Assembly (NCBI GenBank): GCA_047967505.1 | Contig: CM106538.1 | Strand: one strand, 5' to 3' | Length of the DNA: 64,000 nucleotides | Source of the DNA: Dipteris shenzhenensis | Lineage: Eukaryota | Shown here: positions 38,540 to 51,749 of the stretch, piece by piece | Numbering within the stretch: the first letter of the stretch is position 1 | How the letters are laid out: every line of letters starts with the position of its first letter | Program-made: the position numbers and the translations under genes | Notes under the pieces: model-generated | What the model was told of the DNA's origin: nothing | The model's database searches: none | What the model saw: only the letters and a program-made list of their open reading frames with translations

Positions 38540-40863
38540 CACCATGGATACTGAGAACGACTACACCCTTATGATAGCTCACACATTGGCCAAGATTTAT
38601 GGATCGGTACTAGAGAGGGAGATCAACAGTCATATAGAGGCTCAGGGGCAGCAGGCACTAGGGCAAGCAAGATTTTGGAGGCAAGATTCCACTCTAGATC
38701 ACATCTTCGCTTTGAGGGCTATCATTGAGGAGACGAAGTCGAGACACCAGAAAGTCTACGCTTGTTTTGTAGATTTTCGGAAGGCTTTCGACACTGTCCC
38801 GCAATCTCACATGATTAGGAGACTATAGGAGATGCAGATCCCAAAGAATTTGATTTGGGGTGTGATTAGCCTATGAGTTTGACCGAGGGAGAGTTCGTGC
38901 TCTAGCTGGTTTATGGGATTGGATTGAGAGCAAGATAGGGGTGAAGCAAGGCTCCCTCTTGTCACCGACTCTTTTTAGACTCTACGTTGATGAGATCACA
39001 TTTGTCATAGACCACCTAGGGGGCGAGGGATCACTACTGGCTGACCTCATGATACAGATATTGCTATACGCCGATGACATAGTCCTCATATCATCTTCAA
39101 TGGAGGGGTTGCAGAGACAGCTCGAGGCCCTAGAGGTTTTTTGCACAGAGAGAGACCTGACAGTCAACCTTAGGAAGACCAAGGTTATGATCTTCAACCC
39201 CTCACGCGTAGTGCTTCACCGACATAGCTTCACTTACCTAGGTGAGCTAGTGGAGATAGTGCAGTCCTGCACATACTTGGGAGCAGTCTTCACAGGACCC
39301 ATGTTCATGATGACTCAGGTAGCCACCACGGCACAACTCACAACAGGACAGAGTGATTTGGCCCTACTAGAGAGACAATGTTTTCAGGCACATTTTCACG
39401 ATCCACCAACAAAGGGTTGGCTCTTCAACACTTTAGTGTGGCCGATTACCATGTATGGATCACCCTTTTGGGGGAGTGATCTCCTGAGGACATAGTGGAG
39501 GAAATTTGAGCGGCTACGGGTGACTATGGGGTCTAGGATGATTGGGAGTAAGCCCTCAGTCCCACATGAGATAGTACATTCAAAGTTGGACAGTGACATT
39601 CATGTAGAGAGTTTGGGACTTACCTCACCGGTGACTACTGAAGCTGGCCCTGGAGTCATCCAAACGACTACAGAAGAGCGGGACAGACACATGGTATGCA
39701 CGTATATCTGCATGGTTTGCCAGGCACGCTATCCAAATGGACAGACTTCCCCCCTTTTAGTATGCATGGAGATGCCTCTTAAATCAATCCCACGAGATGA
39801 GATCAATCGTATCATACGGTTAGATCTTCTCAAGCTCCGTACATCTCGGACTTGGGGGAGGACTAGGAGGTCCGCATCAAGATCCAGTTCTATCGTGTCC
39901 ACTTCTTGAGAATATCGGAGAAGGGATTCATCACCAGACCCAAGTATCTCGAGGACAGAGGAGTCGCACATGCCTGAGGATCGCCATGCGGATTTCGTCC
40001 CATCAGTTGAGGATTGAGGCAAGGAGAGCCACAGGTATACCCAGCGGATCTGCATGTTATCCACATTAGGAGTGGTTAAGACAGAGGAGCGGTTTCTTTG
40101 TAGCTGCCCAGCGTACTATGAGATCCGAGGATGCTACCACTGACTCTACCTGGAGGGGAGCGGCTTCGGTCCACTGTCATGACTGATCCACTTCCATGAC
40201 TAGGTCTGCATTAGGCTCTATTTGATGGAGATGCGCCAACACAGGGGGACATTACTACTATAGATCAGAGAGCAGCAGGAGGCAACTAGGCCACAGGATA
40301 TAGAGGCTGACCGAGCACAGTGACACGTCTCAGACTTTTACACATTTGATTCAGCTCGAGGATACAGCAGTTAGAGGAGGATGAGCTAGGTGATATGAGG
40401 GCAGCCTTGATTAGCAAAGAGAGCGGGGACGGTCCCATCGAGAGAGGAACACAGTGTGTGAGATAGAGAGCGCCCATAGCACATTCTATTGAGGTCCGAT
40501 CTATGATAGCTTTCCTCAAGGGAGACGAACAAAGACGAGGGGTCACTCTGCACATAGCTCTGCGGGTTCTGAGATCGAGGAGACCATGTCTCCCACCACA
40601 ATGTGAGACAACTCGACAAATACAGATCCGAGATATCTTCATAGCTCATCGAAAGACACCATTGTGTCGGGCTTCGGTTTTTGAGTCCCAACTCACAGAT
40701 TGCTTCAGTTTGTATTTGATTTTGATTTTGATTAAACTGTTGAGCTCAGTAGATCAGCATAGATTGCTCTTGCCCATTGAGGCTTGTATGAGTCTTCTTT
40801 TTATGCACTTTGTCCCATAGGCCTATGAGGCCTCCCGTGGACGTCAAGACATCACTCTTCCAT
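38540..40863 (+). mobile_element. 5'-truncated RTEX-like LINE (subfamily A) with (TC)n tail
   Basis: STLDHIFALRAII..FVDFRKAFDTV, VKQGSLLSPTLF, LLYADD; stem-loop at 40812-40842; (TC)n from 40864. Confidence 0.9.
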
Positions 40864-40920
<57 letters not shown>

Positions 40921-40947
40921 GTATGTATATGTATATGTACATGTATA

Positions 40948-40983
<36 letters not shown>
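40864..40983. repeat. Compound microsatellite (TC)n(TA)n(TATATG)n(TG)n
   Basis: Directly visible. Confidence 0.95.
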
Positions 40984-40984
<1 letters not shown>

Positions 40985-42597
40985 CTGGGGAAATTGTTCC
41001 AACTTCTCAATTGATTCGACATCTTGGCTATCCTCTAGGCTGGGGGCTCACTCGTTCTCAACAAACTGATTGGGTGCTCACAAAGTTGAGGGCAAAACTT
41101 GAATATTGGAAGCTTGCATTGCATGTTCGATTGCGAATAACGCAATCCATTTTGATAGCATACATACAATTCTATCTGCCTCTCATTATGTTCACTAAGG
41201 CAGATTTGGTTTCCTTTATGTCTGCTATCATGGAGATTTTGTGGTGTTCAAAAATGACAAGAAAAGTCTCAGATTACTCTCTATGCATCGTCTCTGCTCT
41301 CCAAAGATGCACGGGGGTCTGAACATTCTCAATATTCAAATGCATATACTTGCTCACAGAGGGAAAATGATGTTGCAGTTTATGCAAGGGGATGAGCCTT
41401 GGGCTTTCATGATCCGCTCTCTTTTGTTGCATATTGATACTTCTGCTTTTGGGCATTGGCAACCTACACAGTGGGATTTTCTATTTGGCTCTATTCAAGT
41501 CAAGATCAGAGGCTGCTCTTTTGTCTCTCGTTTGCTTCTTGATTAGAAGCATATTTTATCCCACTTGGAATGGCATGGCAGGGATTCTTTGTCGGGAAAT
41601 TCCTTGAGGGTTGAGAATATTTATTGGTCCCAAGTATTCCACCCTCCTTTGGCTATACAAGAACCCAGGCATTCTTATTTTATATCTTTCAAAGGCATTC
41701 TTCTGTGGCAGATGTACTTCAGGATGATGGCACTCTTTTATCTTTTTCTATGGCTGCTAGCAAATATGGTTTGGGAGCTCATTGTCGTCCGTTATGGCAT
41801 AAAATTTCCGAAATGCTTCAACCTTTCTTGCCGGTACCTCGTTTGGAACTTCAGGATAGGCTTGAGGATTGGACTCTACATTCTTCTTCCTCTTCATCTG
41901 GTCCTTTGAAGCTCTCACATATCACAGTGCCTTCTCTGTATAAAGTGTTGTTACTTTGGCCTTGGATTTCTGACAGAGCAAATTCTGTTTGGCATATGGA
42001 TCGCCCACTAAAGTGGTGGAGAAAGCGGCTGCGTCTCCTTTGGCATTATAAAGTCCCTCTTCGGCAACAGCTATTCCTTTGGCGAGTCCTACTTGGCATG
42101 TTTCCATATGGGTAGTTTACTTGCGCATATACATATTGCTCCAGCTGTTTGCCACAGATGTCTACATTCTGCTGAATCTGTGCTTCACATCTTTTGGCAC
42201 TGTCCACACACTTGTGATTTCCTTGCTCTCATTCGATAGGGGCTTCGAGCGAGATTTCCTACTGTTACTTTTGGCAGGTTCTTCTGGTTATTTGGTTTTC
42301 ATCCAGCTAGACAGGGTTTTTATTTATTTTTTGTTTGGGTGGGCTACTGGGCACTGTGGACTCTATGGATGGACAAAAATCATAGTCTTTGGTGATCCTA
42401 CTTTTTCATCTTTTGTTTTTTTCAAACGATCTCTACGGCAATCATTTTATGATTGCTTTCAGACTCATTTGGTTGATCATGATGTATATATAGCTTATAC
42501 TGAGATTTTCAGTTGAGTAGTAGTTACTCTGCTTTTGAAGTAACTATCAATGTAATTATTTTATAGCAATAAAGTATTTATTCTTACAAAAAAAAAA
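40984..42597 (+). mobile_element. 5'-truncated L1-clade LINE (same family as 58739-64000) inside (TG)n
   Basis: PGEIVPTSQLIRHLGYPLGWG..AYTEIFS*, with frameshifts; A10 tail at 42588-42597; (TG)n on both sides. Confidence 0.93.
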
Positions 42598-42667
42598 GTG
42601 TGTGTGTGTGTGTGTAAACGCATACACATACACATACACATACACATACACGTACACGTACACATAC

Positions 42668-45600
42668 TTTTTTTTGTGAATCTAGTAACTATATTATTAA
42701 CATGAAATCAAGGTACATAACATTAGACTCCAAAAGAGAGCCTAATGGAAGAACTCAAAAACAGTCAGAAAACACTTCAAGGCTAGTAGCATCCAAGTCC
42801 TTTGTAGCATAACTATCATATAGGGATTGCTTGAGGGACATTTTGAAGAAAACATATGCCTGAGGGAACTGTTGGCCCATCTTGGAATGCAATCTCTGTG
42901 TCCAAATGGTCCATAGTACCCAGAAACGTGTCTAGTGAAAGAAAAGGAGGAATGGAGACATCTGAGATGAGAGGCATCCAAACATCCAGAAGAGTTTCCC
43001 AAGTCTGATAGAGGGAAACCGAAGCCGCAACAAATGAGAGACATGAGTGATCAATATCCGAGAGTGCGGGCAAGACCATAGTAGATGGGGAACTGTCTCG
43101 CGGTGATGAGAGCAACGGGGGTAGGAAGGGGAAGCAATGCGACGTGCTGCCAATTTCACCCCAATGGAAAAAGCTCCCACTATACATCTCCAAAAGAAAA
43201 GCCTCTGTTTCAATGGCAATTTGGCTTTCCAAATTTTCATGAGTCGTGATTGCCACCAAAATAAAGGCCTATCCAGATTCCAAAGAGTGTTGGCATGCTT
43301 ATCAATCCATGGTGGTGGAAGAAGAAATCTGTAGACTATCGAGGAGGCCAGATTATGCATGGAAAGGGAATAGGTAGCAGGAGATAAGGAAGTCAAATTC
43401 CAGTCCAGTAATCTGTCCTGTGCAAACAGTGGAGGAACAGGAACAAATGGTTGTAACATAGTTGAAAGTGTTCTCCAAATGGACCTATGATGTAGACCCA
43501 AGGAGAATGTCCTGCAAGCTTGTGGAAATGAAAGCATATAACCTTGTTGATCCACAACATCTCCAACAAATCTTATGCCCAATTTCATAAGATTATATGC
43601 TTTAATAGGTGCCTGTAAAGCGAGAGGCGATTCAAACACCTTGCTCCAATGGATGCTTTCCAAGCGAAGCGAATTACCATGATGAGAAGAAGCACCTGTC
43701 CATTTAGCATAAGAGAGAATTCTCTTCCAATCATGAATAAAAGCAGTAGAAACAGGACAACCAGGAATTTTCCCTTGAAATGTGGTCATGACTGCTTCCC
43801 AGTGATCTGTATTCCAATGCCCATATGCATGGGATGTCATGTTTCCACACATGGCTGCTAACATAATAGCCCATGGCTGTTTTTGCTGAAAAAAATCAGC
43901 AATCATAGTGCTCTTTCTTGCCAGCATGTGAATCTGAAGATTGAGAATATTCAGCCCCCCATGGGTCTTAGGTGAGCAAATAAACTGCATGGGTAGTAGT
44001 CGCAAAGCCTTTTTATGAGATTTGCTTTTCCAAAATATCTCCATAGCCTGGGATATATAGGAAGCCAAATGCTTAAAAGACCAGGGAAGAAGAGGCAGAT
44101 AAAACTGCACATATGCCATAATGATGGATTGTACTATCCGAAGTCGAACATGCAGAGGCCAAGTGGACAAATGCGAGTATTTCAGCTTCTTGTTGATCTT
44201 TTGAAGCAGCCAGTCGAGCTGTTGTTGCGGGGTAATATTCCAGCCAATGGGATACCCTAGATGCCTCACAATAGTATGGGAAGAGATGATGTGGCCTGGC
44301 CAAAGAAGTATATGCCAATCAGCTTCTTTCAATGCTAGGAGATTTGATTTCTGAAAATTGATATGCAGTCCAGCATCTAAGCCAAAATCATTCAGAGTAT
44401 GCATCAAATGAGAGAGGTCACTTTGACAATTCTTGGGCATAAAATATGAATCATCAGCATATGCCTGTGCAAGAAATGACTGTGCCCCTGGAATTTGCAA
44501 GCCATGAAGCTGCCCTGTATGTACAAGATGATCCATGTGCAACAGTAACGGATGGGTAGCAATGGCATACAGCAAGGAACTAAGAGGGCAACCCTGTCTC
44601 ACTGAGCGGGTCATAGTCCAGGTTCTTGTCAACCCACCATCAATTAAACACTGCGCAGTGGCATGAGAATAGAGCCAGTAAATAATATGGACCAGCTGAG
44701 GGCCAAATCCCAATTTATGCATAGTCTGAGAGATGAAATCCCAATGGACAGTATCAAATGCTTTCGCAATGTCCACTTGCAGAATGAGAACGTCTTGTTT
44801 GGAATATTTGGCATACTCAATTGCAAGCAAAGCATTGGAGATATTGTCAGTAATCTGCCTTCTGGGAACAAACCCATACTGCCTGGGATGAAGTCCTGCT
44901 TGCAAAATGAAGCGAACCCTGAGGACAATCATTTTGGCAATGAGTTTGTAAATAACTGGCATAAGAGATATGGGCCGCCAATCAGCCATAGTCTCGCACA
45001 ATCTTTTTTTGGGGATCAATTTGACAAGGCCATGTTTCCAAGAAGGAGGGAGAGATTGTTCTGCCCAAGCATGATTGATCATTAGAAGAAGAGTGTTCTT
45101 GAGATCACCCCAAAATGCACGGAAAAATTCAACAGTCAATCCATCCCAGCCAGGAGAGCTGCCTTTACGTAAATGACTTAAAGCATCATCCAGTTCATTA
45201 AGCATAAAGGGCTGCTCCAATGCATGAGCCTATTCCCGAGACAATATAGGTTGAACGTGCATAAGAAATTGAGATCTGGCTGCATTCACTTGCATCAAAT
45301 GATCAGGTTGAGGAGCAAAGGGATGCTGGAAATGACTAGAACATTGCAATTCCAATTCTGATTTGGAAGTGGTCCAAATACCATCATCTTTCTTGATCCT
45401 GCAGATGGCCTCCTTTCGCCTATCCGCATGGAGGCTTTTAAAAAAGGCTTTGGAGGAGCAGCCCTTATTTAAAAGGGGTTTCATGCGAGCTCGGATTTGC
45501 CACTTCTTTAATTTGCGAAGATCATTTTGATGGATGATATGAACCGCATAAGCACAAGAATCCTGTTCAGAGGAGGTAAGCTGCCTATGAGAACTGATTA

Positions 45601-46892
45601 CATCCATTTGTTGCTTGTGAGATTGAGCCCATTTCAGCTTAAGCCTGAGGTTTCCCATGTAACTCCGTCCATAATCTTGAATAACAGCCTGCAAGCGATG
45701 AGCAAGACTGATCCAAGCAAAATCCATGTCCTCCTGAGCATGTAAGAGGAGGGGGCAGACAGCCACTCTCACCATGTTCTGAAATTGTTGATGAAGCAGA
45801 TAAGCACTGTTCAAGCTCTCTTCGATCTGTTGCTCTATTGTTTTCCTTTTCATCTCCCTGCGCATCCCAGTAGATGTAGGCGACGACCAAAGAAAGGCAT
45901 ATCATCTGCCAAACGTGTTGTAGATAATGTCAAGCATACTGGGAAGTGATCAGATAGCAAGAGGGAATGATCAACCCATAGTGCACATGTAAAACTAGCA
46001 TACTGGTGAGCATGCAGCAAATACCATCTGTCAAGTCGAGCCCGGTAGTGAGTAAAGGCATTGTGATGATATGTATAACCCATATCTCTATCCCTTGTTG
46101 AAAGCCATAAATCTTCTGCATTCAAGGGTGAAAGCATATCTTCCCAATGTCGGAGCTCAGTGGGGATCATATGAGAACGATGAGTGGTATTGTCTTGAAT
46201 GGCAGGCGAGTTATTGAAGTCTCCACACAAAAAGGCATTGGACGACCATGGATATTGTTTGAGGGAGTCCCACATTCTAGCTCTTGTCGCAGAAGTCTGA
46301 GAGGCATAAATAGATGCTATTTCATAGAGATCAGCATGATAGATGCATCTGATCACCATCCATCGACCCTGAGGGTCATTGTAAGCAACCGTGGGCTGCA
46401 TATCATGTTTTACTAGCATGCAAACCCCCGAAAAATGCATTGTATCAGCATAAAAGATATCATATCCAGCATAGTGGCCTTGCTGGCCAGCCAAGAAGTG
46501 TTGATTGTGTTCCTGTAAAGAGATAACATCGGGGTGCATTCTATGTACATAGTGCTAGAGAAGTCTCCACTTATTGACATTGCAAAGACCCTGAACATTG
46601 TATGTAATGCAAGTAATTGAAGTAGACATAGAAGATATGTACATCGGGGTGCATTCTATGTACATAGTGCTAGAGAAGTCTCCACTTATTGACATTGCAA
46701 AGACCCTGAACATTGTATGTAATGCAAGTAATTGAAGTAGACATAGAAGATATGTACAGTCAAACCAAAAAGCATAGTAAAGTATAAGCTGTCAGGCCTC
46801 AGCCATGACATCAACATCCACCTGGCCTCCTGGATCATTAGCTCTATGATCCTCATCATTGTCACATACAGGGATGCCCCTCTTTAAGACAT
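42668..46892 (-). mobile_element. L1-clade LINE (second family), 5'-truncated shortly upstream of ORF2, with 16-bp TSD
   Basis: APE domain (YNVQG, LQEHN, CGDFN, RLDRWY, SDHFP), RT (SPGWDG, WRPISL, DIAKAFD, VRQGCPLS, YADD) and zf-RVT. A8 tail; TSD gtacacgtacacatac at 42652-42667 and 46893-46908. Confidence 0.95.
46526..46758. repeat. Perfect 115-bp tandem duplication spanning the L1 ORF2 start
   Basis: acatcggggtgcatt... starts at 46526 and again at 46641. Confidence 0.95.
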
Positions 46893-47309
46893 GTACACGT
46901 ACACATACACATACATGTACATACACACACACATACATACATACATACATATGTATGTCTATATGTATAAAACTTAAAATTGACCTATGAATTGACCAAG
47001 GGTAGGGTGTAGGGATAGCCTTCGTAGGCTTGTACCTTCACTTCAGTTTTAACGTTTTTGCAGCGATACACTTAAGTTTAGCATCAGCTCGTGCCCCCTT
47101 GCACTCACATTTCTATCCCTTGGTTTCACACAACCCTACATGTAGGCGAGTTATAGGTAGAGTGTGCATCACAAAGATGTTATCAAAAGTGAGCAGCACT
47201 ATTGGGGTTAAATAGGGGAGCTCTCTCTCCCCCACCCTTGTTCACCTCTACGTGAGGAGTAGGCTTCTTTTGGGGATACCCTAGGAGATCGAGGATCTCT
47301 GGCACGATC

Positions 47310-48900
47310 TATCTTACCCGTCCTGCTATATGGAGAGGATGTGATGCTCATCTTGCATACAATAGAAGGATATAGATGCTGTTTTGGCAGCATTGCAGGC
47401 TCTCTGTGAGAGCCGTGACAAAAAGATCAACCTAGTTAAAACCACGGTTGTGATCTTCAGCACTTACTGAAGCTCAGCTCCAAAGTGATATTTTCACACT
47501 TGTAGAATAGCCGGTTGGGATACTGAGATCATATGTACACTTGAGGCACACCTTCACTGGTCCTAAGTTTACCATGAATTTAGTGGCACAAGCACTCTTG
47601 ACTGAGGCCATGCATCAGTATTGAGACTAGAGACACGGTGTTGTCAGAGAGACTTCCAGCACTGAGCACAAAATTACTTCTTTTTTATTCCCTCGTTTGA
47701 CCAGCAACCTTATATAGGTACTTTGTGGGACTTTTTGAACTTTTTGGACGGTAGGAACTTTTTGTATGGTAGGAACGTTTTGGACTCAGAGAGGTTTTTG
47801 GGTAGTGATGAGGACATTAAGGGGGGTACTTCAGTCAGGTATTTTGGCTGCCAGGGTGGTGTGGGTATCTCTCCTTCACAGTAGTTTGCTCTTTTGTTCG
47901 AGAATATCAGCAAGAAACTTCTCTTTTGGAGTTCAGCCAAAACTTGATCTTGCTTCCAGGGTGGTCTAGGTACTACTAGCCATAGCGATGAGTGGACTCA
48001 TTTTGAAAGACTATAAGTCATGATGCCATCTCCTATGATTTGGGGGAGTAGGTATACTCCACACGACATTATTTTGGCATTGTTTGCTGCGAGACCCCTC
48101 CATATAAGTGCGTCATTCTAAATAATCACCTATCTAGAATGGGTCAGGCATTTCGGTTAGACAGATGCAGGTTAGAGACCACCATGGAGGTCCTCTGATT
48201 GACCGAGCAGCTTAAGATGTGCAATGGTGATATGCACGAATCTCTAGATGGTTCGATTGCAGCCTTTTTCTATTGACCATTTATCACTATATCAATACTC
48301 CTAGATGACCGTTTCTTGTGTTTGACACATAGCAAGAGACTCATTAGATCATCTGGAATGACCTATGGCAAGTATAGATCAGATATCTCTCGCTCAGCCA
48401 CATGGGACTAACATGGCTTACTATTGGAGAGATTTCTCCACTTGCAGCTTCATTTTGGCACCAGGATTATCTACACATCCATCTCCTTCATGCAATATGG
48501 ATTACTATGGTCCAGATCAGGGACCTCATTTGATAGATTCCAAATTAAGGCAGGTTGGAAGATCACAGCCACAGGACGCCATAGAGGCTTGAGGCTCTGC
48601 ACCCATGTGACACACATGAGGGGGACACTAAGGAGCATGTTCAAATGTGATGTTCCATGTGTTATGAGGTCAGAAAAAAGATACCACTGCCTTTTCTCCC
48701 ATGGATACACATATATGAGCAGAGCCATTGACTACTTATACCATATCACGAGACATGGCCCTTGGCAGCAAGAGATCACAGGCTTCTTCACACGAGAAGA
48801 AGTGGATGGGAGATGTTGGGATCAAGACCTTTATTTTTAAGGCACGCTAGGTCTGCTGGAGAAGGACACAAGCCTCGTGAGCACCCATCCCATAAACTAG
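47310..48900 (+). mobile_element. Highly decayed RTEX-like RT/3' region
   Basis: LPVLLYGEDVMLI..INLVKTTVVIFS; colinear with 39050-40300. Confidence 0.6.
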
Positions 48901-49469
48901 AAACCTGCAAGAAAAGAATTTCATGATTTGAGGAGTTCCAATCATATCCTGTCATGTGTCCTATGTCATGTCTCATGCATGCATAATTTGACTTTGCATT
49001 GGCCTCTCTAGGATTCCAATCGGAGTCATGGTGTCTTTGAAACATGTCCGAAATCTATTGCTGACGTCCTCTTGCTAGTTCTTTAAGATATGATAGACAG
49101 CTCTAGCTCCCCTCATATGGGGTGTACTTTTATGATGATTCTGATTTCTGCTGCCCCATACAAAAGAAATCAGGTCCTGCTTTTGCATTTCCTTTTCCTA
49201 GGATGGTTTTTATCTCCTTTCCTTACTGCCTTTTGTTTGGGAGTGCCTGGCATTTTGGACAAAATTTTCTATCATATGGTATTTCTCTAGATCTTGTACT
49301 TCCTTGCACATAACAAAAGGCATTTGAATGTTTTCATCGTTTTATAAAACTTGATGGAGAATAAAAAATAAACCTGTGATGTCTTATTTGAATGTGAGAT
49401 TTAGTGTTTGTGTTTTGAGGTGATACGAGTAGCTAATGGAGACTTGACTTTTCTTAGTCCTATTTGTAG

Positions 49470-49766
49470 GCCGAGCAAGAGATAAAATTTCAGCTGGATG
49501 CAGAATTATGTCTTACAGAACCTCATGTGGCTCAAATCGTTGCAAACTCATTGACATTGGATTGTGCGTTTTTTCTTGGGAATAGTATGCCAATTCGAGA
49601 TGTTGATATGTATGCCCTTGGAACAATACATAAGCAACGAAGCCCAGTCTCTGAGCTTCGTGCCCTTCCAGAATTAGCAGTACGAACTGCAGGAAATCGT
49701 GGAGCAAGTGGAATTGATGGAATTCTTAGCACGGCCATAGGGTTTGCAGCTGGCAGTAGGCAGCGG
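49470..49766 (+). CDS. PHYLLO: PHYLLO exon C (MenD), phase 0-0
   Basis: ttgtag acceptor, gtaaat donor; 297 nt. AEQEIKFQLDAELCLTEPHVA...FLGNSMPIRDVD...GNRGASGIDGILSTAIG, with the MenD NSxxIR and NRGASGIDG motifs. Confidence 0.95.
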
Positions 49767-49960
49767 GTAAATATCTTTTTGATAGGTGTTCTTTTACATG
49801 AGCTACATGCATACATGCATACATTTATTATTTTTCTTGGGGTGTCTGATGTTTGATAGCACTTGCATAAAAATACAAAAAATAGATTATTTTGGGATGT
49901 GGCTTAATGTACTATAGGTTTTGTTCAGTTATTTTCTTCACATGTTCATAAGAACCATAG

Positions 49961-49963
<3 letters not shown>

Positions 49964-50043
<80 letters not shown>

Positions 50044-50490
50044 TCTTTTTTAGATAGTGAAAGATTTGATTGATTATATTACAAGAATAGTGACCTCAAA
50101 AAAGGGGCGCTAGAAAATACATCAATTGAAGATCTCAGTATAAGCCAAATATACATCCTGATCTATTTGGCGAGTCTGCAAGCAATCAAAGAAAGATTGC
50201 TGCAGAGAACGCTTAAAGAAAGCAAACAAAGAAAAATTGGGATCACTAAATACTTTACAATTACGGTCTGTCCATAAAGTCCAAAGTCCCTAATATCGAG
50301 CCTAAAAAAAGAAACACACACACACTTTTTTTTAGTGAAATCTTATATTTAGGTGTGGGAAACCCCGCAAAGAGGTAAAAACCCACCAATAAGTACAAAG
50401 GAAAAATTTACAAGTTAAACCTCAGAGCAAAAATTACATCAACTGAAAATTTCAGTATATGCCAAGTCACACACACACACACACACACAC
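49964..50490 (-). mobile_element. (TC)n(CA)n tract carrying two stacked L1 3' stubs (50044-50313 and 50326-50467)
   Basis: Stub 1 encodes LWTLWTDRN..FFKRSLQQSFFDC..AYTEIFN*; stub 2 encodes LAYTEIFS*. Each has an oligo-A tail and is bounded by (CA)n. Confidence 0.85.
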
Positions 50491-51383
50491 AAAACACGTA
50501 ATAACAATCATGAAGAACAAGCAATCTTCGGCAAAGCAACAAAGTATTACCATTGTGGAAGGATGTGTCAATACCACAATGATTTGCAGATTGAAGAACA
50601 AGCTAAAATGTAAATATTGCAAGAAGCTAGCACACAAAGAAGAAGACTTCAGATTGAAGAATGAGCAGGCCAACTACGTAGGGGTCGTCGACAAGGAATG
50701 ACTAGAATGAGTGACAACAACAAAATGAATTAAGAAGCAAAGCTTAGTAGATAAAGCTCACCACATGAGTCGATTTTGGTTTTTAGTTATCAAACCTGAC
50801 CACTTGAGAGTAGCTATCTAATGACCCAATGGAGGTATTGATCATCTTGCAATACCACAATTGACCACCTTAAGTAGCAACGACTTTTCTTTTGCAAACT
50901 CGCATCTGACCATCTTACAGTAGCCAATCCATTATGAGACCAAGGGAAGGTATTGACTGTTGTGGTCCCATGAGCACAGAGATGGAGGCAAAGGTATGAG
51001 TAAAGGTATGAAGCAAGGGCATGCTATCACATGACATGGAGATGTTATCCCACATGTGAGCAAGTATATGCAAGTATGTATCCACTCTTACAAAGGGGAG
51101 GTTCATTTCAAGCAATAATATCAAGCGAGCTCTCAAGTCTCTCTATGAATACAAGTCTCAATCTTGTAACCTAATTATGCTCGAGTCTATGCCATCTAGT
51201 TTAGTTCTTCATCGTGTGTAGATTTAAGTTGCAGCCACCGTAGATTAGCTCTAGTTAAGCACACTTACCTTTAGAGGCACCATAGCCGTATCTCTTAGGT
51301 GCTCATGTTTTCTCATTGAGTACTTGAGGGATAGACTATGATCGAAGTGGATGTCATGATATATGGTGTGTGTGTGTGTGTGT

Positions 51384-51467
51384 CATGAGGCTCTCTGCTT
51401 TTTTGAGACCCTCATGTAAATTTTGCTGATAATATAATCATGGATTTACCCAAAAAAAAAAAAAAAA
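51384..51467 (+). mobile_element. 84-bp polyadenylated stub (probable L1 3' UTR) inside (TG)n
   Basis: (GT)9, hairpin CATGAGG..CCTCATG, A16, then GTGTGT. Family assignment is inferred from architecture only. Confidence 0.6.
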
Positions 51468-51749
51468 GTGTGTGGGCAGCATCATGGTGTGTGGAAAACG
51501 TGTCATGGTGGGGGATAGATATGCTAAAGAAAAGATTATTGTGGTCAGCTCTAGTAGTGGCGGGGATATAGAGAAGTTAGTGATGTGTAGGGCGAAGGGA
51601 AGGACTCCCATGAGCCCCTCCCCCCCCTCCCCCCGTGTGAAATCTAGGTGAATCTATCCAAGGAGGGCGCAGACCATTGCAATGATGGTTATGTATCCTA
51701 CCCATATTCAAGAAAGCGTGCTTGTAAGAGGTGATCGGGGCTTGCCTGC

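Noticed and set aside
49964-50490. CRISPR-like repeat-spacer pattern (also 57470-58745)
   Set aside because: The repeats are variable-length (CA)n, the spacers are A-tailed L1 3' ends, and there are no cas genes.
50490-51330. Copia gag knuckle (CKYCKKLAHKEED) plus LTR-like sequence as a defined element
   Set aside because: Too short and eroded to delimit reliably.
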